From Lophium mytilinum (taxonomy: Eukaryota): a DNA stretch of 64,000 nt. The position numbers were made by a program, and so were the translations under genes. Below, in pieces: positions 24,728 through 36,900 of this stretch (its first letter is position 1; each line of letters starts with the position of its first letter). The stretch spans positions 472,323 to 536,322 of the forward strand of contig MU004194.1 in NCBI GenBank assembly GCA_010093605.1. The letters are read 5' to 3'. The notes beneath the pieces are model-generated. The model was given only the letters and a program-made list of their open reading frames with translations. It was not told the origin of the DNA and searched no databases.

Positions 24728-25320
24728 CTAGAGATTGACACCTCCTTCCGGCTTCAGCTTCCCGACGATATTGTACCGTTTACTGAAAAAGGTGAACCAG
24801 TCGGCGAGCACGCCCTTCTCTTTATCGTCGAGGTTCTCCCACTCGGCGATGCAGTCCTCAAGTTTTAGGGACGATTGAGCTAGGGCGCGATTGGGCTCTT
24901 TGCCGGCGAATACTGAGGTTGAGGGCCGGTCAGAGCGGTATAGCAGGCGCAGAATATAGCACGCACCGTGGTACTGGCCCTTCGCACCATATGCAGCGTT
25001 GCCGCTTACGTCAAAGACAGTTCCCTGGACAGTAGAGATGCGTTAGTCACACGATACAGATCCTCGCGAGCCACCACTGGCGGGGGGAGATGCACGTTGC
25101 GGTACCTTGATTGCAACCAGTGTGGGAAAGCCATCGTTGGTGCCTGCATGATGTCTGGTTGGTACTATCCTACGGACTGAATGTGGCAGAGGATATGCAG
25201 TGGGCTCTAACCGTCGCATTTGGAGAGGTATTCCAGCGTGATGGTATCGTCCTTGGGTGGATCCAGATGGACGGGCTTCTTGGGCTCGAAGCGCTTCGGT
25301 TCCTCTACATGGCCCGACAT
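24728..25320 (-). CDS. Cytochrome b5-like heme/steroid-binding protein (MAPR/progesterone-binding family), 4 exons
   Basis: Spliced reading MSGHVEEPKRFEPKKPVHLDPPKDDTITLEYLSKCDGTNDGFPTLVAIKGTVFDVSGNAAYGAKGQYHVFAGKEPNRALAQSSLK...DWFTFFSKRYNIVGKL. Confidence 0.9.
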
Positions 25321-25883
25321 TGTTCGTGGAGCAGAAGGATAATATGGCAATGGCAAATGGTGTCGTTGAATTGCAGTCAGGGGTTTGCATCTGCAACAGC
25401 GAAGGATGGAGTGCTGATGAGGTGGGGAGTTAGGGAGCGGGGCGCGGAGGTGGTTGATTTTGGCCGCAGCCAGCCCGAAGTTTCCAAGGCTCAGCAGCAA
25501 GCGCAACAATTGCACCACATCTCGACATCGATGCCAGACCATTCAATAGCCCCGCAGCTTAGGACTTGATCGAAGTTGTCTTCTACACTGTTGAAACATT
25601 GCATGTCCGTCGGTTTGCACACGGAAACTGCCTTGCCACCGGCAGAGCCTCACTATCACCACACTGGCGCACGATGTCCGATACTCTGACGCTTTGGAGC
25701 TATTCTTCAGCATGTACGATCGACGTTCTTTCTGATGCCCCGGAGGCCGACGTCTACATACAGCCAATTTGGCGTCGGATGAAAAGAATGCCCGAACGGC
25801 AGATACAACTGGTCTGCAGCGCCGTCCCTCATCGCGGATTGATCGCACGCATGATGGTGTAGTGCCAGCCACTCGACATCATC

Positions 25884-28268
25884 CTACGATTTGACGGGCC
25901 TCTGCACCATCAGGTCTAGTAAGGACTGGACGACCTCTGCAGCCGCCAGGACTGTTGTCTCACCGGCGTTGTCGTAGACTGGACTAACCTCGACTACAAA
26001 TGCAACGTCATTTTAGTCCGTATTCGGCGTGCGTACAGGCGCGCAGGGCACTGGAGAGCTTACCAACATCCGCCCCGATAACATCTATCCCGTCTAGTCC
26101 ATCGAGTATGGTCAACAGTTCCCTGGTGCTCCAGCCCCCTACTTCGGCTGTCCCGGTGGCTGTCGTAGATAACGAGGTCAGTGTACCGCCATGATCAGGA
26201 TAGAATAGCCATTCGAGTCTCCTTCGACGATCACGCTTCAAGCGTTTATTCCGAAGTCAGTCTTTCCCACATGGATAGTCGCACTTTCTGTAGACTGAAC
26301 TACCAAAAGTAAAGAAATAGCCCTTATGCTTACCTGGCGCGAAAGCTGGGTCTAAAACGTCGATGTCGACGCTGATGCTTAAGGTCGTAGTACACATGTT
26401 AGCTAATTCTTGAAATGAAGGAGGGTTTTTAGACAGATACTAGATCCTCTGGTATTTTTTTCTGGAGCGCCACTTAGATCGTGTTGAAGACACCATTTGG
26501 GCTTGCGTCGGTATTCAAAGCGACGGAAGTAGCTGCTTGAACGCGACTTGAGTAGATGTTCAAGCTCGACCTGAGTCGTGCTTTGACACAGTTCCCGGAA
26601 AAATGACACCAGAGGACACTGGTATGTGTGCAAGGACCTTACGTACTACACCTTTGAGCCGGCCACCCGTTCCTTAAGCTTCTTAATTATACCCGCAGTG
26701 CCAATCCGGTCAATATCTCTAGCTTTGATCATTTCGAATCCGCATCGAATATCGTTTCTTACATCGCCTTTACGACGCATGACTGGCGCCCGTATTCCTG
26801 CGTGGATGGAAGTGTTTCTGATAAGACCCTCTTCGTGGGCAATGTGTAGGAACGTGCCGTGATTGACTCCCCTGAAAAAACGAATCTTTAGCTGGACTGG
26901 TGGTCGGTGGTATTTCCCCAGCTCGATTCTGGCTTTGGCTCTATTTTTCGACTTACGCATAATGTGATACGCCGCCACCTGATTCTGACACTTAGTATTC
27001 AGCCTCTACGATTTTCGGGAACGGCATACCTAATACTTCGGGGTCCCAGGTATCTAGGCATGTGCTTTTAGCTGTCTGTATCCAAAGGTGATCGTGTGTC
27101 ATAGGCGTGATATTGGGTCACCTTACCAATATGGCTGTCGAAATGTATAACGCTTACGCTACCCCAACGGTTATTCGTGGACCTTAACGCTGAAAGGGTT
27201 GTGGTATGGTCACCGCCCAGAGTAATGATCCTCGGTGTACTATACTCTCCTGATGTCGTCTCTCGGCTGGAAATGATCTATGATTTCTGTCAATCTTCTA
27301 TTTTGTGTGAAGGGAAGAGCGGTATGCGAGCCCTCCTTTTTTGAATCATGAGACTGGGTAATCCTGACCTTATGTGCTTGATCTAACTGTTTCAGTGCAA
27401 CGGTGTTGTCCTTCAAGGTCAAATGTCAGTCTAGAGCTTTCGGTGGCCAACGCACAGCCTGACGCAACTCACCAAAACCGTCAGAGGAACATCGCCGCAG
27501 TCCACAATCGTTGCCCAGTCAAGATACGGGTTCCTCCCTAGAATGTCTTCGTTCAGCATGCTCTTCTGTGGTTCCTATCGTTATGATGCATATGCAGCTT
27601 TTTCAACTAGAGAAATATCTGCAGCGACGTCATGTTGCCAACCGTGCGGAAAGGCGTCCCGAACTCCATGCAACAGAGAGGTTTGGGATGCTGCCGTGAG
27701 AATGATGCTTCGCACCACATTCTGCAGTGCACTGGCGCAAAATGATGACCCAGGAGCCAGGTTGACTCGAGGCACAACATCGGCTGCAGAGACAGTTTGA
27801 AACTAGTCACTGAACGCACCTGTGTAGATGTCCCATGCAACTTCTGGCTCGATTCTTCGTGAGCCCTGACGTATTCCTCCCGGACCATACCGAGCACCAG
27901 GTCTACTCGTGACCGCCTGATCATGCCATCAGTACAGCATATATCAGGTCCTCAGCATCTTCTAAAGAGTCCAGTCTTGGCAAGTCTGACAATGAGCAGC
28001 AACGTACAGTGTCGAAAGGTGCGCCGACGATTGCGATGTCATACTTGTCAAGCTCAATCCCTTTCGCCGCTAAACAATGCACATGAGGCAAGTTTGCAAA
28101 AGTGGTGAGTCCCACAAACGCGCTTCCAGTGCTAACATCGATAACTCCAAGAGAGCCCAACGGGGACTGCATATTCTCTGGCTGGTATCCTGAGGCAGGC
28201 GGGAAAGTTATTTCGCGAGCTTCAGTAACCGTTCCGATCACAGCAAGGACTAAGAGCAGGGTTTGCAT
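25884..28268 (-). CDS. Agmatinase/guanidinobutyrase-like ureohydrolase (arginase family) with N-terminal signal peptide, ~11 exons
   Basis: Motifs [63 protein letters not shown] and GADVVEVSP joined by GT-AG introns; hydrophobic start [17 protein letters not shown]. Confidence 0.92.
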
Positions 28269-28667
28269 GTTGAAGAGACGAGAGGCGTGAAAACGATGCT
28301 TTGGAGGCAAATTGGGAATATTTGAGGATGTGAGTCGAGATACCAAGTAGATAAATGAGGGTTACTTAAGGTCGGATGTCATGAGCAGCCTAACTCGAAA
28401 TGGTAGGTCTACCCGTGGCAATCCACTTCCTGACCTTCCAATGCCCAGACTTTCAATCATGTGGGATTTCAGGAGCAGTGAGGTAAGTTCTAAATGGATA
28501 TATATTGAGACAATCCATTGCAACAAGAGAACCGCTGTTACAACACCACGGATGATGTGAGTAACACATATCCAATGCAATCGCAGCTATCTCCATAGCC
28601 TTCGTAAACTCATTTCAACCCTCGAGCATGCCTACCTTGGTATTCGCGCCCCGCTAGAATGAATAAC

Positions 28668-30216
28668 CTATTTAGCATTCTTCAAAATCTCCTCAGCTGC
28701 CTGGTCTCTCGTCCCCAAGCTTCCACTCCTCTCCGCAGGCTTCAGCACCTTTCCAGACTCTCCTCCCTTCTCAGCCTCACTCTCGCTCGCTAACTTCTTT
28801 AGCCGCTCGGTGTCCTCCGCCTTGATATCCTTCGCCTTCGCTTCATCCTCGTCGCTGTCTCCGAGGCTGAAAGGGTCATGGTCCTCTGGCTCTGGATGAG
28901 GTGCTACCGAGGTAAGTGGCTGCCACTTCTTACCCTTGTTGCCTTGGGTGGAGGTTGTTTGACGTTCGCGCGCCTCGACCTCATCTACGGGGCCGGTCTG
29001 AGGTGGCGCGACTGGGGTCGGCTTGAAAAGGTCGGGGTTTGCGAGAGGTCGTTGCGAGCGAGAATGTTGGGCTATTGGTATGGTAGTCAGACAACGTTAA
29101 AGAAGCACGAGAGGCTATTGTTGCGAGGTAAATTTTGAGGGGCTTGGTAGCATACCTTCATCGTCCCGCAATTCTAAAGCCTCGAAATCGTCGCCCAACA
29201 CGCGGTTGTCAGCATCATAGCGCTCGCGATCACCACTCCGACGAGCTTCCGAGCTCTTTCGAATACCGTATAGCTGTTCTGACTGTGAAGGGCCATAGTT
29301 TTGGCGCTGGTTTTGTGAGCTCCCAGGTTGCACGATATCGGATTCTTCGTCGTCGCCGTCCAACTTTTTGCGGAAAGTTGTGATCCATTTGTTGACCGTT
29401 GTTTGAGTCTCCAAGAAGCCCTTGCGCATGTTCTCTTTGATTACTGGTAGATCATCTGCGATATCTTCTTAGTTAGCATCATATTGCTATAAAGAAGCTA
29501 TGAGGTGTCCCACCATCGAAGAAACTATGCTCGCGATCATCGTACAGCTCGTTTGGCTTGAGTCCTAACTCCTGACGCCGCTGAGGCAAGGGAGGATCGC
29601 CACGCTCTCTTGATCCGTATCCTGGAGCGCCGCTCTGGTAATGTTGTGCAAGCTGCCGTGCGTATTGTTCGTCCGCCTCTAGCTGGCTTTGCGGTTGTCG
29701 AGGGCGAGGAGGCTGGGGAGGAGGGGTCTCTTCTGCTCTGAAGTCCGGATCTGACATACCTGATCTTTGTCAGCGGTGGAAACTACGAAGGTCTTGCTGT
29801 ATACAAACTCAGCAGAGCATTGAATGCTGGTTCCACCTTGCCCCCACTTGCGACCAAGACAGCTTTGACGACCTTCGCGTCGACACTCGGGAAGGCTTCA
29901 ATCAGAGTATTTTCGGCTTGTGCCTGTGGGCTCATCGGGCGAGGGGGCTTTGCGGGTGGTGCCTCTTCATCTTGGAAGCTCACCCTCGGCTTGGGAGATT
30001 TGGCGGGAGGCGGTGGCGCCATAAGACTCTCTGCTGGAGTTGAGCTACCGTCTTTATCGTCGTCGTCGAAATCCAGCGGCCGAGCTGTGGTGGGCGATTC
30101 GGCACCAGCAGTGGCTCCAACCTTCAGATTCTGAAGCCGCAAGTCAGCCATGCGATGGCTGGTTGTTTGGCAGCAAAGGAGGGGCACAGTACCTTTTCAC
30201 TCAGCTTGTCTGCCAT
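28668..30216 (-). CDS. CUE-domain ubiquitin-binding protein (Cue5/Don1-like), multi-exon
   Basis: TLIEAFPSVDAKVVKAVLVASGGKVEPAFNALL(G)MSDP is a CUE domain; also QLEADEQYARQL and IKENMRKGFLETQTTVNKW. Confidence 0.85.
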
Positions 30217-30831
30217 GATAGGTGGTAGTAGGAGGCAGAGAAGGAAGTTGTAAGTAGAAGGATTCGGAAGGATTGTAGGTGTTTTCAGAGCTGCCTGTTC
30301 ACACACGCGGCATTCCCTCGTGCTGGGGCTCGGTGCATGTGGTTTCACTCGAGGCGGCGGGTCCGATGACGCACGCTAGTGACTAGTGGCTAGCCTGATA
30401 TAGTAAGCGCCTACAAGACCCTTGTCCATCAGACTTCCATCTGGTACTAATGCTCGTTATATTAGGACGGAGAAAGTCTCCTATGCAAGGACGTTCTGCA
30501 CTCAATGGCAAGGACCCGACCAATGAATGACCCCGAGCTCATCCGATCTGGAAGTTTAGCAATTGAGCTTTCTTGTTACCACTTGCAAGACGACTGAGGA
30601 GGCATCTACAATGATCTATGAGATGTAGGTACATGATCTCACTGCGTCTGTTCATCACTTTTGCCGTAGCTTATTTCGAATTATTGAATTGAATTGATTT
30701 GAATTGATTATGGGGTAACTTGAAAGACTTTTCCTATGCCTTCTTAGAAATTTACCGGTAAACTCCTAAGCTTGAAAGGACCTTGACACCGAAAGGCCGT
30801 GGTAAATCTGCACTCTAGAGTTGATATGCAT

Positions 30832-32413
30832 TTACGCCCCGCTAAGCTTCTCGCCCTCCTCAGCCTTCTGGAGTCCGTACTTCTTGAGCCTATGATCTGT
30901 TAGCGAATCACGGGTCTGGAGAGATTGAGCAAAATACCTGATGCTCTGGATGCTGATGAATCCAGTAGTATCCATTGGGCTGAAGTTATCCAACGTGTCC
31001 ATGGAAGCCTCCTCCTCGGAATAGAGCTTCTCAGTGGCGCTCGAACGCCCCAAAACGTAGGCGCTGCCCTTGTAGCAGCGCAGACGGACCTCGCCGTTGA
31101 CCCGCTTCTGGGAGAACAGCAGACTGTTCTCGACAAATTCGCGCTCTGGCGAGAAGTACATGCCATTGTAGAGGTAGATGCTCCAGTTGTGGGTGACGAA
31201 CTGATCGCGAAGGCTGCGGACTTGGCCATCCATCACAAGACCCTCCAGATCCAGATGAGCAAGACGGAGGATAGTCATAGCCGGAGAGTCGTACTGGATC
31301 ATTATCAGCAACTAATGCAGCTTAGTCAACAGCAAACTTACGCAGCCTCGGCTTTTCAGTCCTATGAAGCGATTCTCCACAATATCGATTCTGCCAATAC
31401 CGTGTACGTATCCCAGCTTGTTCAGGGCAGTGAACAGCTCAACGGAGTCGGTGTAGGTCTTCTCTGGTGTGACCAGCTTCACCGGAATACCCTTGTCGAA
31501 GTGGATGGTGATATCGGTAGGCTTATCGGGCGCGTTCAATGGGTCTTCAGTCATGGTCCACATATCGGAGGGTGGCGACTGATCTGGGTCTTCGAGGATG
31601 CCTGTGTTTTCATATTGTTAGTTTTTATACAGTAAAGCCGTACACGAGTAACGTACCAGCTTCGTAGCTGCAATGGGCCATGTTGGCATCCATGCTCCAT
31701 GGCTTGGCCTTGGTCGATGTGACTGGAATTCCGTGCTTCTCGGCGTAGTCTAGCAGATCTTGTCTGCCCTTGAAACGATCGCAGAACTCCGGGAGGCGCC
31801 ATGGAGCAATGACCTTGATCGTGGGCTGGATTGTGTAGAATGCCAGCTCGAAGCGGACTTGGTCTAAAGGGTGTTTTATTAGCTACGAACCTCGCAATTG
31901 GTGAGACCACCTACCATTTCCTTTTCCAGTGCAACCGTGCGACACGAATCCGCAGTTCTCTTGCTGCGCAACCCGGATCTGAGCGCGAGCAATGACAGGG
32001 CGAGCCAGACTGGTACCGAGCAGATATCGGCCTTCACTTTACGCCTGTTAACTTCCGACAAGGATTTCCAACTAGTAAGGGATTCTGAGCTTACTAGATG
32101 GCGTTGCATTGGATGGCCCGGAAACATAGCTCATCCACGAACTCCTTCCTCAAGTCAAGAATGACCATCTTCTTGGCCCCAATCTTGAGAGCTTTCTTCT
32201 CGACTTCATCCCAAGGCTCATCCTGGCCAACATTGGCGAGAAAGCACACAACCTCGTAGTCTTCCTCAATGAGCCATCGCAGAATCGTGCTGGTGTCCAA
32301 GCCGCCTGTCCTGTGAGTCAGAGAGAGCTTGAAATATGGTGTTTGGGGAAGTAATTGCTCGCTACATGCAAAGACATACCTGAGTAGGCAAGACAAACCC
32401 TTCCTTTGGTCAT
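30832..32413 (-). CDS. ARG1: Argininosuccinate synthase
   Basis: [65 protein letters not shown]; multiple GT-AG introns. Confidence 0.97.
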
Positions 32414-32531
32414 GATGGCTGGTGTTGAGGGTCAATTGAAGGTGAGGTGAGGGTGGATTGGGTGAGTCGACGGAAAGTGTGCGGGGTGGTAACTCTAATA
32501 AAAAAACCATGGATGACATGGTTGGCCCGCT

Positions 32532-32551
32532 CCGATAAGGGGCCCGATAAA
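32532..32551. promoter_or_regulatory. Tandem GATA (HGATAR) sites upstream of ARG1
   Basis: CCGATAAG (32532-32539) and CCGATAAA (32544-32551), ~120-140 bp upstream of the ARG1 ATG; function inferred. Confidence 0.4.
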
Positions 32552-33983
32552 GCCCTGCCTCTAGACTGACAGAAAGAAAATTTCATCAACCTTGCGACCC
32601 CGGATTCTGGGATTTCAGCCTACCATGTGATGGCAAAGTCGGATAGAGGCGCCTACAGTCGCGTCTGGGTAGGTTTCAGATTGCGCAGAATCTCAATTGC
32701 AGCTCAGACCACGCTCGAGCTACCGGTTACCCAGTATATATAAAGGGTACGTAGTACAGTCGTGCGGTGATGGAGAAACCCTTTGAATCAGATATCGTCC
32801 TGATGGATGATAGTGTTCGTACCGTCTAGAAGTTGGTCGTCATGCAGACAGTGTCTGGCGTCATTCAAGAGGGTCGTCTTGTAGTGGAACTACTTTACCG
32901 AATGGAATATACTTTGAGTGTGTATGTATACACAGGGATCAAGGTAGTCAAAAGTTTCGATGTCTAGCGCGGAGCTGCAAGCGTAGTACCCTTTGTCCCT
33001 TTCTCCTTTCGGTTTGGAGTCGTTGATTGCTTCGAACAGTTCCTCGTGTTCCGTCTCCATGCGGGTCAAGAGAACTGGAAGTGACATGGAGCCCCTTGGA
33101 ATCCTCATAGCGGACGAGTCTTCGGTGGCTTACGAGCTCAGTGTCAGTCAAAAGGACGGGCGTTAGACTTTGGAAGCACATTGCAATGGCATACGCAGTG
33201 CCAGAAGAGTGTACAGATATATATGACGACACGCTGCTCACTCGTATCTCTATCTACCTACGCGGAAGAGACGACACTGTTAAGAACTACACGCCCCACT
33301 TTTTGACATACCGGTTGAATACCGTCCACATTCGTAGTCTTGAAACCCGACACTAAACGGTACTGTCCACGTGACCGTACTATTCGAATTGCCTGTATAA
33401 ACACAAGTTGACCATGCGGTGAAAGAATACGGCCGAAGGTATAGGATGTGAATTCGCTGTTACGGGGCGGGGCATCCAGGAGTGCGTGAGGATTGGGCTG
33501 CTTCTCGCACGAATTCCTGCGGTCTAAAGACAGACCCCTAAAATACAACACAGTATGTTGTTTACGCTCCTACTACGCCGCCTTCAGACGAGCATATCAG
33601 TGAGGCAGTGGACGACAGAGATGCAATCTAGCAACGTCTAGATGCGAACAGGTCAGGCCCTAGGTCGTCAGATAGCCCATGGACGTTAGGAGAATGTACA
33701 TAAAAGGAGAGTAGCAGTCTCCACCTGCAGTGCTGACAGGACGGGCCCATCGCCGGAGACTGCGGAGAGTTCAGAGGCATTCTAGTCAGGCACACAAAAG
33801 GCCCGCAGGGGTCGCAGTGCAGCGCTTGCGACCCCTGCGTCCTTTCTGCAGCGCTTTGAATCATCGTCGGCGCCCTGGAGTGCCAACGCGAAGCTCTTTC
33901 TCCCAACTTCTGCAGCCATGACCGCCCTGGCCTCTCTATAGCCCGGCCTCGCGCGCCCCAATGAAGACAGACAGACCGGCGGG

Positions 33984-36900
33984 ATGTGTGAGTCCCCCCT
34001 TCCCTCTATTCCCCCGCGAATCCCTTGGGCCGGAGCGTTTCCGGGTCTGCAGGGACAGCCTGTGGAAACGGGCGCGTTGCTGTGCCCTCTCAGCCTTCAG
34101 CCTTCCCAGCGCCTCGAAGACCCTATCCGCTGCCGACGTGTTAGCCCTGAGGAATACTGCTAACAGGAGGGCCCCCATGTAGCTGCTCCCCCACTGTCGC
34201 AAGCACGACAACATGCCGGGAACCTGTCGCACCATCCAGACCCTCCCGCAGTCCCCTCGATCCCCCCCTCTCGCGAACCCTCTGTAACACGCGGACGTGC
34301 CCTCACGGCCTCCGGGCGTGCTATTTCTCCTCGATCCCAGACGCCCGTAGTCATCGTCCCCAGAAGCAACCCCTCCCCGGAGGGCGGACTTGAACGCAAA
34401 CCTTCCCTGTCCTACGGCCACCACCGCCAGACCTCCATCGTACATGGCATACAGCATTCGCGGAACACCAGCTTTGTAAACTCGCCGGCTACCAGCCCGC
34501 TGAGCCCTCAGGTCATCGCTGCGGCCGGGGCCGTCCCTGATGGCCTCGCCATGTCGCAGGAAGACTTCAGAGAAAATCCCCAGGCCAACGGGGCAGCACT
34601 CGCCGCCCCCAACTTCAGCACAAATGGCGGTGGTCTCCCCGGGGCACCTAATGAGGCGTCCTCGTTCACGGTGGGCGCGCGGAGACCAGAGCGTATGCAG
34701 AGCGGCAAGGCAAAGCGCGAACACCACCACCACCGCTCGCAGTCCCGGCATCATCACCATCCCCAGGAGCTGAAGACGGTGGGAGAGTATGCGTTGCACC
34801 ACTTGTTTAACTCGGTCAGTCGCCCTCGGTTTGGTACGCCAACATTCGCTAAATTGAGTATTTGTAGTTTGTCGGCCAGGCGGACCAAAAGATTAATCAA
34901 TGTATCACCGACCCAAGCCAACCTGAACCTCGAGTCGAACTGATCTGTGGCCCTGGCGTTGACCCTAATTTCGACCAGCTTATATCTGCTCTAGGCCACA
35001 TTGCTCGCCAAAAGCCAAAGCCTTTGATAGATACGCTCATGTTCTGGCGGAAGGCTAAAAGTGAAGCTGCAAATGCTGCTAGACTCGAGTTGAACAATGT
35101 AAGCCAGGCTTCCTCTTTGCAGACAACCCCGCTGACCTTTTGCAGTCGCGAGGCGCCACCCCACCCATGAACGGACTTCTCCCTCGTAGAAATACTGAGC
35201 CTATGCACGCTGCCAGTGATAGCCAGGCATCGACAATTTCAGCAACAACCTCTCCCAATATTATACTCCTTCGTCAGCAAGCCGTGTTTCAAGCCGAGCG
35301 CCGATCAACCGTCTCTATCTACATCCTCTGTCGCGTTCTTATCGAGATCATTGGCCAAAGCGACCTGGCCTGTGTCACACTGGAGATGGCGAATCGCCTC
35401 GAGGACATCATCTATACCCAGCTGAAAGGCGCCGAGCCTGAGTCATTAGAGGAATCTCCTTTGCGACATGCCAATTGGCTCATATTTGGACAGCTTCTAG
35501 GAGTAATGAGCGAAATCAACTTCGATAGTGTGTCTGAACGGTTTGTTGCAGATCTAGAGAAGATGCAAAAGCATTTAGGAGTCAAAGGTCTTGCGAGTAA
35601 AGAAATCGAAGGTAAAGCTGTGCTGGTTGTAAAAGGCATGAGGTACTTGCGCTTGAAGAGCTATCCTGAAGATGCTTGGGATCATTCGTGCGATTTCATG
35701 CAATCGCTTGCCAGATTATTTGCCAACGTACACGGACGGCCGGTGAAATACGCCTATTGCCAACTGCTGAAGGAACTGCTGCTCCGAATAGCAGAGAAAG
35801 CAACAATCGAGCTCAACGTGCCAAAATGGAGGATCGTGGTAGACACCATCAAACCCAGGCTTTCGCTGCTCCTCAGCAAACCCAAGCACTGGCATGAAGC
35901 ATATCCTCTCATGGTAGCCTTGCTCTGTGTTTCCCCGACGGAGACGTTCGCAAGCCAATGGCTCGCTCTTGCCCTCTCTTCTCAACCACGATTGAAAGAA
36001 CGCACAACACGGGTGACTGCTCTGAGGGGAATATGCCGCTTGGTGTGGACCTACCTTTACCGGAACAACACAGACTCTCCAAACGCTATCACGAGAAAGC
36101 TAGAGGAGGTCATTCGTTTGGTGTTCCAGCCTGGAAAGCGATCCTACATCTCTACGGAAACCGCAATAGTGGAGCCGCTCATACAACTGATCAGAATTAT
36201 TGGCTTCAAACAACAGGATCTTTGCTTTAGGACGATCATCTTCCCACTTCTGAACTCCGAGTTGTTCTCCACAGGCAAAGAACTCAAAGTAGGCGACCTC
36301 GAGCCTGAAAGAATGGTCATTGGTATTCGGTCATTCCTCGCCATTATGGCAGATCTGGAGAAAGGTTCACAGCCACCTTTCCCAATAACGTTTGACTGCG
36401 ATCCTTACGTCGAACCGATTGAGATACCCTCACTTCCCGTCAGCCCACGTCCCGCCCCTCTCCATTTACCGCTCAAATCATCCCTTGTGCGAGAGGAAAG
36501 ACTTTCAAGACCCGTAATAATTACAGGATTCGGGGAGATTGCGAAAGAGTACTACATCAAGTTTTGTAAGATCTTAGGTGAGATAACCTTGATCTGCGAC
36601 AACGCATTCGGCGGACAAGCCGTCTTGGATGAGAAATTTGCTGTACAAACACCGAAGACTCCAATGGCCGATGCATTCAGCTTCACCCGAAGAGAGGACC
36701 ACCAAAATCCGACCGATCTTAGACAAGGCTTCTACGACTTATTACACGTCGCAGTTCAAGCTCTACCCCGCTGCCTTTCTCCTCACATACCCTTCAATTC
36801 CCTCATTAACCTACTGTGCACGGGTACCGCACACGTCCAGAGCAATATTGCAGCCTCCTCCGCCCAGTCCCTAAAATCTATAGCACGCCAGTTGCATGCC

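Noticed and set aside
30925..31635. 236-aa plus-strand ORF
   Set aside because: Antisense shadow of the codon-biased ARG1 exons.
33936..34802. 288-aa minus-strand ORF
   Set aside because: Antisense to the GC-rich 5' end of TAO3; Arg/Gly-rich with no domain signal.
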